The notes: generated by a model not told the origin, from the sequence alone. Positions 37,823 to 50,362 are shown, numbered from the stretch's first letter. The stretch: DNA of 64,000 nt from Cyanophora paradoxa CCMP329 (GCA_004431415.1 QPMI01000165.1:186001-250000); one strand, 5' to 3'. Made by a program: numbers and translations.

Positions 37823-37970
37823 TGTTCGCCGTCATGTAGGTGAGGATCGCAGCCTCCAGCTCCTTTCGCTGGCCCCGGATCGGCTTCGTGCGGCTGCTCG
37901 CCGCCCGCAACTGGTCGTCCAGGATCGTGAACTCCCGGATGTTCTCCCCGAACGTCTGTGGGTCCTCCAT
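37821..37970 (-). pseudogene. Conserved NCLDV small protein (DUF5760-like), 5' segment
   Basis: IREFTILDDQL...IRGQRKELEAAILTYM. Confidence 0.6.
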
Positions 37971-38618
37971 GCTTGTCTTCGCCGCTGGCCTCCGCCGTGC
38001 TGGCCGCTTTCGGGCGCCGTGCTCACTTAACTCTGATGCTTCCACAATTTCTGGGCTCACTGTGCCGCGGGGGGGATGGCGCCGATGAAGGAGGTTGGGT
38101 TGACAGGGACGCTCACCGTCGGACGGAGGCCGAGGTTCCAGTTGGCGACCTCCTTGTTCGGGGGCGGGATCGTCACCTGCCGCCGCGGGTCGTCCGCCCG
38201 GCCGAGGAAGTTGCTGGCGATACGCCCGGCGACGGCCTCGAGCGCCGACGAGGCGCCAGCCCCGGGGGCTACACCCGGTGCCTGCTGCAGGAAGCGGCCC
38301 TGCTGGAAGGCGTGGCCAGCCGAACCCCAGCCTGCGCCGCTCTGTCCGCTGGCTGGGGCTCTTCCACGACCTCGAGAGCGCGGCGCGGGCGGCGCTTGAC
38401 CACATGCGGGCGCGGGGCGACCCCCGCCAGCGCCGGATCCCGAGCCCCGGGGCCCTCTGCCGCAGGCCGCGGCGCGGGATGGGCCGCTGGTCCGGTCACA
38501 TGCCGCTTTCGCCCGGCGCGCGGCGGCGGCGGCGGCGGCAGCAGCAGCAGCGGCGGCAGCGGGAGCGCGAGGCGGCGGAGGAGGACGGTGCAGGCGCCGT
38601 GCAATGAATTACACATGC

Positions 38619-39259
38619 CTAAACTGGGTGCTCGTTGAAGCGGGGCGGCGTGCGGACTAGGAACACGGGCGGGTCCTGCCTGGCCCTCTTCCGCGGCCTC
38701 GGCGCCGCCTCCTCCCCCTCCGCGACGGCCGCCGCCGGCCGCAGGGCCGCCGCGCGGATCTCGTTGGTCGCCTCCCCCCACTTGTAGTAGACGCTGCCCC
38801 CGAAGCGGCGCGCCACGGCCCGCGTGCTCTCGTTGAAGAAATCCCTCAGCGATGCGACCTCGCCGGCCCAGCGCCGGAGCTCGGCGATCCAGAGGGGGAG
38901 CGCCTGCTTGGGGGGGCCCGCGATGCGCACGGCGAGCAGGTTGTTGAGCAGGTCGATGCCGCACGCCACGAGCATCTGCATGACCTGCACGCGGGCCCGC
39001 ACGCGCTCCCGCCTCCGCTCCCGCATCAGCACCAGGGACTTGAAGCGTTCCTCGGTGAGCTCCTTGGTGAGGTACTTGAGGCGGATGTCCTCGTTCGAGC
39101 GGGGGTTGTACGCCGCGACGTTGGCCGCCGCCCCCTCGATCTCCACGCGCTGGACGTGCACGACGAGGCGGTGCAGCTCCGTCACGGGGCGGACGGCCTC
39201 GTGGACGTGCGGCGGGCCCCCCGAGTCCACGATGTGGGCCACGATGTCCGCAAGGCGCG
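38619..39259 (-). pseudogene. NCLDV RING-IBR (RBR) E3 ligase, C-terminal segment
   Basis: LHRLVVH...NEDIRLKYLTKELTEERFK; abuts segment 56359-56608. Confidence 0.7.
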
Positions 39260-39458
39260 AGCTCCGCCTCGGCCCCGCCCCGGGCCCCCGGCTCCGGCTC
39301 CGGCGCCGGTGGGGGCTCGGGGGCCTTGAGGCGCCCCCGCCGCCGACCGCGCCGAGGGCCTCGCGCGCCGCGCCGGCGAGGCTCATCCACGCGTCGGGCG
39401 GGGCCGGCGCGGCGCTGGCGGCGAGCTCGTCTGGCCGGAAGTCTTCGTCGACCAGCCG
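39254..39458 (-). pseudogene. Segment 2 of the seven-piece gene
   Basis: Pointers CGGCTG (39453-39458) and CTCGCGCC (39254-39261). Confidence 0.7.
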
Positions 39459-39614
39459 ACGGCGCTCAAGATGCGCGCGGGGCTCGTGCACCGGCTGGTC
39501 GAGCGCCTCGGCGAGCGCCCCAGCGGGCACAGCACCGTGCGCGAGGTGCTGGACGCCTCGGTCTACATCGGCAACGGCCTGCGCATGCTCGAGTCGGACA
39601 AGTTCTCGCCGCGG

Positions 39615-39845
39615 CGGGGATGATGGCGGGGTAGGCGCCAGGGGCCCTTGGCTCCAGGAACTCGGCGTCCACGATGGCAAGGTCGCAGCCCCGCGCCTTG
39701 CGGACCATCTCTGCGTGCCGGGGCCTCGAGTACCGGAAGTCCCCCGTGTGGAGCACGCGGCGCCCATCGTTGGACTCGAAGAGCAGGCACACCGCCCCCG
39801 CGCAGTGGTTGGCGTCGAAGGCGTGCACCTGGTGCGCCCCCCTCG
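39615..39845 (-). pseudogene. Artemis/SNM1-type metallo-beta-lactamase nuclease, internal segment
   Basis: FDANHCAGAVCLLF...VLHTGDFRY...DLAIVD. Confidence 0.85.
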
Positions 39846-40921
39846 CCTCGCGCACGTCCGCAACGATCTCCCGCACGCACGAGTCCACGTAGCCGGCCGG
39901 CGGCTGGCCGGCGAGCTTTCCCGCTGCCTCGTGCAGCGCGCGGCGCACGAGCTGGTGGAGCAACGCGAGGTCGCCGAGGGGCGCCCCGTCGAGCTCGCGG
40001 GCCGCGGCCTCCTCGAAGCCGGCCCGCGAGGCCCCCGGGCGGAAGAGGGCGGCGAAGAGTGCGCGGAGGGAGGCGAGGCAGCGCGCGGCGGCGCGGCCCT
40101 CGACGCCCGAGGCCTCCTCGAGGCCGCGCGCGAGGCGGCGCGCCCGCGCAAGGGCCCCCGCGGCGCGCGAGGCCGCCGCGACCGGCAGGACGCCGGCCTC
40201 CAGCACGAGGCCCAGCACGAAGGCGTCGACCTCGGTGTAGTACGCACGGTTGCGGCCCTCGGCCGCCGCCGCGAGGAGCGGCTGGAGGACCCCCTGGGCA
40301 GTCTCCAGGAGCTCCTCCTGGGAGCCCCCGGCGGCGAGGGCGGCGGCGGCGGCGGCCGGAACCGGCACCTCGACGAGCTGGCCCGTCGCGGGGAGGCTGG
40401 CCGTCAGCACGCGCATCTGGGTTCGTCCATTCGGGGCGGGGTTTTTTGTGCGGCCTTTCCAGACGAGAGCAGGGAGGGCCGATGTCCGCCTCCAAGGCCT
40501 TCAACGCCATGCTGGAGAGCTTCCTCGAGGAGCTCGGCAACGGCGGATGTGCATGCGCACAACACACCCCAATGCCTCCACCCGTTACGAGAGATATATA
40601 TATATATATATATATCGATTTATCGGCTTCGAGGAGCCAGCGGATGGGGGGGGCGGGTGCGGGTGCGGGCATGAACGGAGCGGGAGGCGCGAAGATCCGG
40701 AATCCCTGCTCCGGGCGTGCCGCTCCAGTGAGGAGATCAAATTGCACACGCGCCACACGTACCCCCCCCCACGCACACACACACGACAGCAGAAGATGAC
40801 CGTCACCACGCGCAGTGGCGGCGGTGGCGGCCGCAAGCGCCAGGCGACCGAGCAGGAGCAGGTCGCCGGTCTGGAGCAGCCGCAGCGGCAGCCGCAGCAA
40901 GAGCTCGAGCAGCGGCCGGCG

Positions 40922-40990
40922 GCCGAGGAACAGCACATCGAGAAGCACCGCGACTCCTTCACGGTGAACTCCGCCTTGGCGTAGTCGCCT
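40922..40990 (-). pseudogene. Probable second PCNA segment
   Basis: GDYAKAEFTVKES; 6-bp overlap AGGCGA with 2074-2079. Confidence 0.5.
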
Positions 40991-41036
40991 TGAGAGGGGG
41001 GGTCGGGTCGCGAGCGATGTTGCTCGATGCACGTCT

Positions 41037-41662
41037 GCGACCTCTGCGTCAGCGAGCCGGGCCCCATCGGCGAGCGGGCCGCCCTCCTCATCGGGACCCC
41101 GTCGCCGGCCGCGTCGCCCCCCGCGCCCCTCCTCATCCCCCTCGTCTACATGGAGCCGGCGGGGGCCGGCGCCGGGATGCCCGACGAGGACCCCGAGTTC
41201 ATCCGGCTCACGGTGCACGTCCTCGACGCCTCCCGCCCGCCGCTCGTGCGCGCCGTGCGCGCCGCCCGCTCGCCCCACAACTACGCCAGCAGCTTCGACC
41301 TGCGGGCGGCCGCCGTGCTCGCCTCGGGGGACGCCGTGCTCGCGGCCGGCCGCAGCGAGGACGACAAGCTCGTCGTGTGCACGTGCGACTGGAGGGGGCC
41401 GGGGGGGGAGGCGCGCTGGGACTTCCTCCGCATCAACGTCGACCTGCTGGAGGAGCCCGACTGGGCGGGCGGCGCGGGGGACTCGCCCTACGACGCCCCG
41501 CCCCGGTTCCACATCATGCCCCACGCCGCGGGGGCGCACGCCGTGGTGCGCGTCTCCTCCCCGCGCTGGGACCCCTGGGCGGCCTCCGAGGAGGGGGCGC
41601 CCTCGGCCGAGGTCCAGTACTTCCTCGTCCGCATCACGCCCGCCGGGCGGGTCGAGGTGCAC
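41037..41662 (+). pseudogene. Segment 6 of the seven-piece gene
   Basis: Pointers GCGACCTC (41037-41044) and CGAGGTGCAC (41653-41662). Confidence 0.8.
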
Positions 41663-42419
41663 ACGCACGCCGACCATCGCGCACGTGCACACGCAGCTGT
41701 TGCGTTGAGGCGCTGGAAAAAACGCGCCTACCCCCCCCCCTCCCCCGTTCAGGGTGACGTTTGGGCCGGGGGGGGGGTCCGTTTTGCCATTTGCAAAATC
41801 CAGTTTACACCCCAACCGAAACTCTATAGCTAAGGCGATACGCAGCCGGGGCTCTTCTTCCGCGGCCTGCCTCGCCGCCTTTTCGCCTTGTGCTCGATCT
41901 CCCCCCTCCCGGGCGAGTGGGCCCACTCCTGGCGCCTTTTGTGACTCTCCTGGTCGATCTCTTGCCGTGTACGGCGGGGCCGCTTCGGGGGCGTCGTCGC
42001 GGCCCGCCACACTTCAGGCAAGTGGGCGTCGTCGTCTCAGGGCCGCCGCCTGCAGCCGCCGGGTCCTCCCCGCCCCTTGCTCGCCGGATCGACTCGTCCA
42101 GCCGCCTACAGTCGCCGCAGATCACTTTCGAGATGTACGGCGACCCGCAGCGAGATGTCGGACATCCACAGCAGACTCGGCGGTCGTCTCTTAAGGCGCC
42201 CTGCGCACCTTGTGCATGCCGCAGAGGGCGCATGCTGGCATCGGCGCCATGTGTGCGTGTGCACACACACGGATTACCATATACCACAGAAATCCGCCAG
42301 AGCGGCTCAACCGCACAGGAGGGGGAGGGGGGGCGATTTGCGGCCCACTCCAGTTTAGACCCCTACCGAAGTTGTAGGTCGGCAAGGGTACCCCCCCCCC
42401 CCTACTCACCCTAGGGCCC

Positions 42420-42735
42420 CTAGGCAACCAGCGGCAGGCAGCTGGAATCCGTCTGCGGGATACAGCCGACGCAGGCGCCTCCCGCGCTCTCCTCCTCGGG
42501 GGTTGAGCATACATAGATCCCCAGCGGGCACAACGTGGCAGATGTGCCCGGAGGGCAAGATCCACACACGCGCTCGTACCCCAGCTGAAACTCCCCCGGG
42601 GGGCACCCTGTCACTATGCACGCGACTCTGGGGTCGATGAGCTTGTCCCAGCGCGCAGAGACGAGACCGTCCTGGCCCACCGGGCCTGTACAGGACCCGC
42701 ATGCATCGAGCACGCCGCCCCCTTTGCATGGCTGC
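42420..42735 (-). pseudogene. Cys-rich surface protein, 3' segment
   Basis: DACGSC...GCPPG...VCGSCPPG ending at TAG. Confidence 0.6.
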
Positions 42736-42739
42736 GGGC

Positions 42740-43939
42740 CGAAGTCCGGCGGTACCGATGGCGTCGGTGGCGCCGGCGCTGCAACTGGGGCTGGCGGCGG
42801 CACGACTCGTTCCATTCCGCCGCGACGGGCCCGTCCCACGTCTGCATCAGCATGTTGGAGAGGCGCGGCTCGATCCCGTGGCCGCGGAAGTCGTCCAGGA
42901 CGCACACGGCGACGACGAGCGGTGCGTCGGGCACGGCGGTGTCGAGGATGTGCACCACGGGGGGCAGGGGGTGGGCTGCCTGCGGCTGGGGCTGCTGCTG
43001 ATGCTCCTCCTGGACGACCAGGGCCGCCCAGGGGCGCGGGTCGCCGCCCCCGGCGCCCGGGGCGACCCCGACGTCGAGGGTGCCGCACTGGGTGGAGGGG
43101 TCGACCTCGGCGAGGAACGGGGCCAGCGCGAACGTCCCCGCCAGGCGGTCCGACGAGACCGCCCCCGTCGCCGGCCAGGCCCGCCCCTCGGCCTCCGTCG
43201 AGGCCACCGATGCCACGAGCTCCGAGAGCCCCGCCGCGCGCACGCGCTCGCCGACGACGGCGTTCAGCTCGTCGACGAAGCCATCGTCGAGGAGCGCCGG
43301 GCGGGCGAGGTGCGGGCCGAGGAGCGGGAGGGGGCAGGTGGCGGCCGCGACGGCGCCGCCGATCAGCCAGGGGCCGCGTAGGCGACGCGGATCTCGGAGG
43401 CGCGCACGGGCGCGCAGGCCCCGTCGCGCCGCCTCGCGCCGGCGCCGTCGAAGAACCGGGCGAGGGCGCGGAGGATGCGGAAGGGCCCGCGGAAGCGCGC
43501 GACGAGGCGCTCGGCCATCCCGCCGTCCGGGTGCGAGGGCCCGAACGCCTCGTCGAGCCACGCGGCGAGCAGCACCAGCGCGTGGCGCCCGACCAGGGCG
43601 GCGAGCTGCCGGCACGAGGCCGCGGCGCGCGCGAGGTTCGCCAGGCCCTGCAGGCGGTCCGCTTCGTCCTGGCCGGCGTGCGAGAGGATCTGCGGGGGCC
43701 GGCGCAGTCGGCGGTCGGCCGGCGAACGGCGCGCGAGTGCGTGTGCCGACCTTCACGATCAGCGAGTCCGGCAGGAGGTTCAGTCGTGCGGGGCGGGCCA
43801 GGGGCGCCGACTTCTTCGGGCGCTTGCTGCAACGGCGGCACGGCGGCCCGGCCGGCGCCGGCGCCTGCTCGGTGGCGGCGATGCGCGCCAGGTGGCCCAG
43901 GCACTCGCGCTGCAGTTCCCGGGAGACGGAGGGCCCCAT
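42740..43939 (-). pseudogene. F-box protein with a 61-nt intron (43690-43750)
   Basis: Splicing gives LNLLPDSLIVK|ILSHAG...AAASCRQL; one homopolymer frameshift near 43370. Confidence 0.7.
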
Positions 43940-44832
43940 TGCGCGGTCGGTCCGCCTGGCCCGCGCTGTTCTGTGTACCCCGGTTCGAAGAGTGGATTAT
44001 AACGTGAGTATACTCACGGTTTTTGTGGGCTGAGCAGCAGCAGGGGGGGGGGGGGGGGGGGGAGGACGCACCTCAGCTGTCGTCGTCGGGCCTTTTAATG
44101 CCGCTCCCCCCCACCCCCCACCTGCGAGCAGTGGAAAGCCAGTTAGCAGATCGCGCACCTGGCAGTCGACGATGATGTTGATGATATCAACCTGCGCAAG
44201 GGGTGGTAGGGGCCGGCGCACGGCTGGGTGGCGCACCTGCTGCTGCTGCTGGCCAGCCCCTGCAGCGGCGGCCCCTCCAGCGGCGGCAGGGGCGGCGGCG
44301 GGGCCAGCCCCTGCAGCGGCGGCAGGGGCGGGGGCGGCCCCTCCAGCGGCGGCAGGGGCGGCAGGGATGATGGCCACCCCCAGAACGCCGGCGCCCACAT
44401 CAGCGGCGGCGGCCGGAACAGCGGGGCCGGCAGCCGCAGCGTTGAAGACTTTGAATCCTTTTGGGAGACGACAGGGATTCCAGAGAGCGACCCTGGCCGC
44501 CGAGACGGGGGCGGGGGCGGGGGCCCCAACCCCCCACTGGCGGACGACGGCGTTCTAACTCATGCAGGGGCGGGCGATGATGGGGCACGTGTTGAGTTTT
44601 TCCCCGCACAAGTGGCGGGCTTCATCCATTGAGCACTCCCACCAAGCGTTGCCACCGGCGGCGGCCGCAAGGTCGGTGGTTTCCGGGCCGAAGACGAGCC
44701 GCGCGCCGGCGGCAATCCGGTCCTCGTCGGACCCGGCGCACCCCCGCCCAGCGGCCTTTGCGACCGTGATCAACTGCAGCGGAGGCGTGAGGCGGGAGGC
44801 GCGCGAGGGCGGGGGGGGGGGGGGGGGGGGGG

Positions 44833-45095
44833 TGCGTCTCGACAGGGTGCCCTCCGGGCCAGCGCCGGAACCTCTGCGGGGAGTGCGCCCCGCTGACCTC
44901 CGACGCCGGCCGCTGCCTCAACGGGTGCTACCACACCACCCCCCTCCAGACCGCGTGCGGCGAGTGCGCCCCCGCTAGCTGGGGCGACCTCTCGATCTGC
45001 CTCAACGGGTGCCCCGCGGGCCAGCGCCGCAACCTGTGCGGCGCGGGGGAGTGCTCGCCCAACCAGGACCTCTCGATCTGCAACAACCTCTGCCC
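44833..45095 (+). pseudogene. Cys-rich repeat segment flanked by G22 and C18
   Basis: GCPPGQRRNLCGEC repeats. Confidence 0.75.
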
Positions 45096-45921
45096 CCCCC
45101 CCCCCCCCCCATTCTACATTGGAAGGAATGCACTCGGAATTCACACACACACACACATACTACTCGTCGTCCGCCGCCGCCGCCCCCGAGGGCGCGCCCA
45201 GCAGCTTCTCGGGCGCGCACGCCCTCCCGAGCCTGACGTACAGGTCGGCGAGCCGGGTGGCAGTGTCCTTGGTCAACCGCTCCTTGTGGTGGTCGATGAA
45301 GCTCTGGCGCGCCTCCTCGACCGTCATCATCCTCGGAGTCGACGCCACAAGAGCTTCGTACGTCCGCATCGCGTCCTTGAACGAGCGCCGCCGCTCGTCG
45401 CCGCCGTCCGGGCCGTCCTCGCACTCGAGCAGAAGGCGCTTCCGTTTCAGGAGCCGCGCGTGCATTTCGGGGGTCCCTGCCGGGGGCAGCGGTTCGGCGA
45501 GTTCATTATCGAACTCCGTCTCCAGTTCCCGCAGCCCCCCCAGCACAATCCTGGCCGCCGCCGCGCGCGATGAGCAGGGGGGGGGGGGGGGGGGGTGTGA
45601 GGACGCGGCGTGTGCACACACCTGGCTTCCGCCAACAAACAGTCGGCCGTTGCCCGGACCGATGGCGGCACCGTTGGGCCGGGCGCCGAGCCGGAGGCGG
45701 GGGCCGGGGCCAGGGCCGGGGCCGGGGCCTCGGCCGGGGGGAGGGCTGCAGGGCCGGCGGGCCGGGGGAGGGCTGCAGGGGCCGGGCCCAGGACCGCACC
45801 CGGCCCGGCCGGGGCCGGAGCCGGAGGGGCGGGGCCGCAGCCGGGGCCGGGGCCGCAGCCGGCACGGCCGGGGCGCTCTCAGCCGGAGGGGCCGGGGCCT
45901 CGGCCGGGGGGGGGTCCGCAT

Positions 45922-46100
45922 CCGGCGCGATAGATATCTTCGACTTGCGATATCCCAAGAACGCGTGCGGCGAATGTAAGCCCGAGGCCGAGGCGAGCGA
46001 GCCGTGCAAGCTGGTGTTCCCGTTCACCGGCCGGGACCAGCTCTGGACCGTGCCGGCGGGGGTCACCAGCGTGGCGGTCAAGATGTGGGGCGGCGGCGGG
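45922..46100 (+). pseudogene. Cys-rich to Gly-rich domain transition segment
   Basis: NACGEC...FPFTGRDQLWTVPAGVTSVAVKMWGGGG. Confidence 0.7.
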
Positions 46101-46123
46101 GTGAGTGGGGCCCGCCCGAACGA

Positions 46124-46388
46124 CCCACACGACAAGCAGGTTCTCGACACCATCGCCTTATACGACAACAGAGGCTACAGGGAACGACCGGGGCGGGCCC
46201 AGCGCCGGCGTGAACGAGTGTTTCCGTTGAACGACGCGTCAGCGACCATATTGGACTTCATTCGCTGGTTCCTCAACGCTCGCCCCCGCTGGGCGTGGAC
46301 TCTGCCGGCGATGTACAGGGGCATGTCCCTGATCGGCGTCGTCCGCCGCAGGCTCTACGAGCAGTTCGACGAGCCGGACTCGGACTAG
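46124..46388 (+). pseudogene. 3' segment of the gene starting at 26887
   Basis: Pointer CCCACACG at 46124-46131. Confidence 0.7.
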
Positions 46389-47659
46389 GGCGGCAGACTG
46401 CGGCCGCCGGCGCGGCGCGCGCCCGCCCCGTCTTTCTTTGTTTCTCCTTTTGTTGAATACATACGCATTTCTGCGCGCACTGCACATGGAGAGCGGCTCG
46501 GATCTGGCGGAAGGCGCACCGCAGCGGGCCCCGCGCGGCGCGGGCACGGGCAGGGGCGGCGGCGGCGGCCGGGGAAGGGCCCCGCAACAGCCGCAGCGCG
46601 GCGCGGCGGGCCCGGCTTCCTTTGCCGACACCTTCCTTAGCCGAGACTACTACTACACGTACACCACCACGGCCGCCTCGAGGTCGCGCGCCTCCCGCAC
46701 GGGCACGCCGGGGGGCCAGACGGGGGGGTCGCCGGGGGGGGCGGGGGCCAGGGCGAGGACGACGGGGCCGGTACGGGCGTCTGATCGTTCGCGCCTATTT
46801 TATGTTCACCCCGTATTATTGATTGATACGCTGCTGCTGCTGGGGCCCGGGCGCCGGGACCGGCTCCCACGGCTCTTCCTCTTCGAATTCTTCATCGTCG
46901 CTCGGTTCGAGTTCGACTAGCCTCATCGGGCTGCCGCTGGGGCCTGCTCCCGTCCAGCCCTCGTCGTCTTCGGCCAATGCCCCGGACGGCCCGGCGGCAG
47001 GGGGGGTACCGGTGGGCTCCGGGAGCGGGGCCATACCGTCTTCTTCTTCTTCTTCTTCTTCTTCCGGCCCCCACCAGGTCCACGAGCCGCCGCCCGCGAC
47101 CGCCGGCACCTCGGTGGGCCCGGCCTCGCCTTCGAATTCGTCGTATGAATACGGCGGGGGCGGTTCGCTTGAGACGCCCGCTGGCGGCCACACCCTCAGC
47201 GGCGGCGTCTGCGGCGCCGGCCCCGGGCCGGCCAGCGCGTACGGCGGCGGCGGTGCCGACACCGAGGGGCCGGCCAGCGCCGCGTACGGCGGCCGTGTCG
47301 CCGAGGGGCCGGCCAGCGCCGCGTACGGCGGCCGTGGCGCCGAGGGGCCGGCCAGCGCCGGGTACGGCGGCCGTGGCGCCGAGGAGGAGGAGGAGGAGGA
47401 GGAGGGGGGGTCGGCCAGCGCGTACACCGCTGCGGCCGCCGGCGGCGGCGGAGGAAGATCGCACAGCCGGAGCGGCTCGCCCAACCCCCCCAACGGCGGC
47501 GGCACCATGGCCCCGCGCTCGCGGAAGAGGAAGTGGAACGGGAAGTAGATCGGCAGGCCCTCCGCCTCCGAGAACTCCCCGGCCGGCCGGGCCTCGGCGC
47601 CGCCGGGGCGGTAGTAGAGGTGCAGGATGGCGGACTCCGGCGCCGGCACCTCTGTGCCC

Positions 47660-48480
47660 TCTACCTGCCCGGCGAGCTCCTTGACCGCCTCCACAAGGAG
47701 CCCCACCAGGTTGCCGTAGGCGAGGGAGAGGTAGCCGTCCGGGTGCTCCAGCACGGCCTCGGGCATCACGCGCCGCACCTCCTGCGCGATCAGGCCCGTG
47801 CGGCGCCTGCCCCCCTCCTCATCCTCTTCTTCGGCGCGCCGGAACGTCACGCCCCGGAGCGCCCCCACCTTCTCCAGGGCCCCCTCGATGACGCGCACGT
47901 CCCGCTTCAGGCGCTCGTCGGAGAAGGCCGTGATGTCGTTCTGCGCCGTGATGTTGCCGAAGGCCGTTGCCTCGGTCTCGCCCGTGGCGCCCCCCACAAA
48001 GAGGTTGCGGCTGATGTAGGCCCCACCGCGGCAGACCAGGGCGCCGGCCGGCGTTGTGGCCCCCTGCGTCGTGTTCGTGATCGTCACCACGCCCCCGATC
48101 GTTGCGGCCCCGTTTGTCAGGGTCATCGTGCCGTTCGTCGAGCTGTAGTTGCCGGTCACCGTCACGGAACTCCCCAGCGTTGCAGCCCCCGTCACGCCCA
48201 AGGTACCCCCCACCGAGGTGTTGTTGGACAGTGTCGCGACCCCCGTCACCCCAAGCGTGCCCCCGACGGAGGCATTGGCCAGCGTCGTGGCCCCCGTCAC
48301 CCCGAGCGTCCCCCCCACCGAGGCATTGGCCAGCGTCGTGGCACCGGTCACACCAAGGGTGCCACCCACAGAGGTGCCAGCAAGTGTGGAGGTCCCAATA
48401 ACCTGCAGGGTCCCCCCCACAGAGGTGTTGCTTAGAACGGAGGCCCCCGCATTGAGAGTTTTCAGGGTTGTGGTCCCGGC
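47660..48480 (-). pseudogene. Tail-fibre-like protein with peptidase S74 chaperone domain (segment)
   Basis: GGTLGVTG repeats, then FSDERLKRDV...GLIAQEV...PEAV...YGNLVGLLVEAVKEL. Confidence 0.9.
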
Positions 48481-48589
48481 ATCCTCTCCCTCCGGGGCCG
48501 CCCCTGCCCGCAGCGGCCCTCCCCGCCCCTCCTCCTGCTGGGGCCGTCAGGCCAGGTCTGCGGCCCCGGCCAGCGGCGGCCCCGGCCTT

Positions 48590-48745
48590 GCCGCCCGCCA
48601 AAGAAGAGGGCGACTCCAACAAAGGAGAGGTGCTCACCTCTGTGCACCCCGGCGCGTGCGTGTACACGTACGAGAGGATGGGCTACCTGTACGTGGCCCC
48701 CTCCAGGCTCCCAGGCAACACCGGCAACGGCCTCTTCACACGAGT
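48590..48745 (+). pseudogene. SET-domain N-terminal segment
   Basis: LYVAPSRLPGNTGNGLFT. Confidence 0.6.
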
Positions 48746-49080
48746 GGGGCCGCGCCCGTCTGCGTGCACGTCCAGCGCCAGGAGGCGGATGGCGCCGTCG
48801 GGCGCCGGCACGAGGAGCGCGCCGCCGGCTTCCTCCTCCCGCAGCGAGCGCAGGGTCAGGCGCAGGGCGAACGCCCCGGCCGGCCGGTCCCGCAGCAGCG
48901 AGGCCAGCGGCCCAGCGCGCTCGTGCGGCGCGCGCTTGGTGCGCTCGTAGAGCTCGTAGGCAGGGCTGCCATCGCCGCCGAGCGTGCTCTTGAAGAAGTG
49001 CAGAAATCCGACGACTGCCCGGACGCGCGGCGACCAGTACGCGCACTGCTGGACTGCATTAACAATGACATGCGCCTACG

Positions 49081-50362
49081 CTACTCCGGATCCGACGGGG
49101 ACCCGTCGAGGGAGACCTCGTCCTCCTGGTCGGGGTAGTACATGAAACGGACGATAGGGCGCCCGACGGGGCCGCGGGCGATGCCGCTGAGTGCCATGAG
49201 GTCGCGGGCGGGCATTGCCTGCCAGTGGACGAACTCCTCGGCGAGGCGGGCGATGCGGCGGTCGAAGGAGCACTTGCGGACCCTGCCGTGGACGCGCCAG
49301 ACATCTGGGTTGAACCTCAGCCAGACGAGTGGGACGCGCGAGGCCGCCGCAAGGACCGCCTCGCGCATGCGCTCATCGGCGAAGTCGTAGTCCCTGTGCG
49401 CGTGCTGGTCGACCTCCACGACGATGATGCGGTCGGGGAAGAGGAAGAGGTTGTCCGGACGGCGGACTTCGGGGTCGAAGAGCCGGACCTCGCTCGGGAG
49501 GGCGCTGAATGACCTGTTGCGGTAGGTGGGCCGGCGCCCACCGAGCGCGGCCGTGAGGGCCACGATGACGCGGTCATCGGCGGTGTCGCAGCCCTGCTCC
49601 ACACGTGCCTGGTGCCTGGGGCAGAAGCGTGGACAGGGCCCCTCTCCCTGGGCGGGAACGGTGCAGCCGCTGTCGTGGGTGCAGCGGAACTTCAGGCGGC
49701 GGCACCCAGCAGCTGATCTGCTGAGGAGCCGATGGTTCAAGCAGTAGAACATGCTCCGAGGGGGGCCGTCGGGGTCGGGGCTGCGGCCGCAGCGCTCGTC
49801 GAAGGTGCAGTCCGCCGCACCGTGCTCTCTGCAGAAGCGACTGTCTGGGAGCGAGGGGGGCCATCGAGGGACAGCCGCCGTCGAACTTGCAGACGCTGGG
49901 CTTGGAGAGGAGGTGGTTCGCGCAGAGGGGGGCACCCGCTGCGGCGTCTTTGTCGCAACCGCTCGGCCAGCAGCAGCGCCGCTTGCCGTCGCCACAGGCG
50001 TGGCAGAGGCCGCCGCCGCCGCCGGTAGCCGACAGGCCCCCGCAGCAGGAGCAGCGCGGGCCACCGCCGTGGCGTGTGCAATTGGAGACGCCCCCCGCCG
50101 CCGGCCAGGGGCATCCTTCCGTGCTGCAGGCGACAGGCTGCTGCTGCTCCTCCTGCTGTATACCCCAGGTCCGGTGGTGCCAACAGAAGCGGTGGACTTC
50201 CCCGGCGCTGGTCAGGTGCGCCCGCAAGATGCACCCGTCGAGCTGACACAGAGGGTGCGTGTTCTCCTTGCGACGATGACTCCAGCACAGGCGACCACGT
50301 GTTGGCCGCGGTGAAGTGCATCCATCGACCCGGCAGCGCAGACCTGTGCTCGTATGCGGCAT
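49081..50362 (-). CDS. Cys/His-repeat protein with C-terminal PD-(D/E)xK (Vsr-like) endonuclease; frameshift at G-run 49855-49860
   Basis: CxxxGC...FCxxH repeats, then RRPD...IVVEVDQHAH...WLRFNPD. Confidence 0.8.

Noticed and set aside
28120-39864. 8-bp match GTTGCGGA linking the 39870 gene to the kinase segment
   Set aside because: Those bases are explained by the plus-strand segment starting at 28117, and the two proteins are unrelated.
41660-41680. HTHADH as a metallo-beta-lactamase motif
   Set aside because: It is the antisense of a minus-strand gene start (MVGVRVH) just past a junction.
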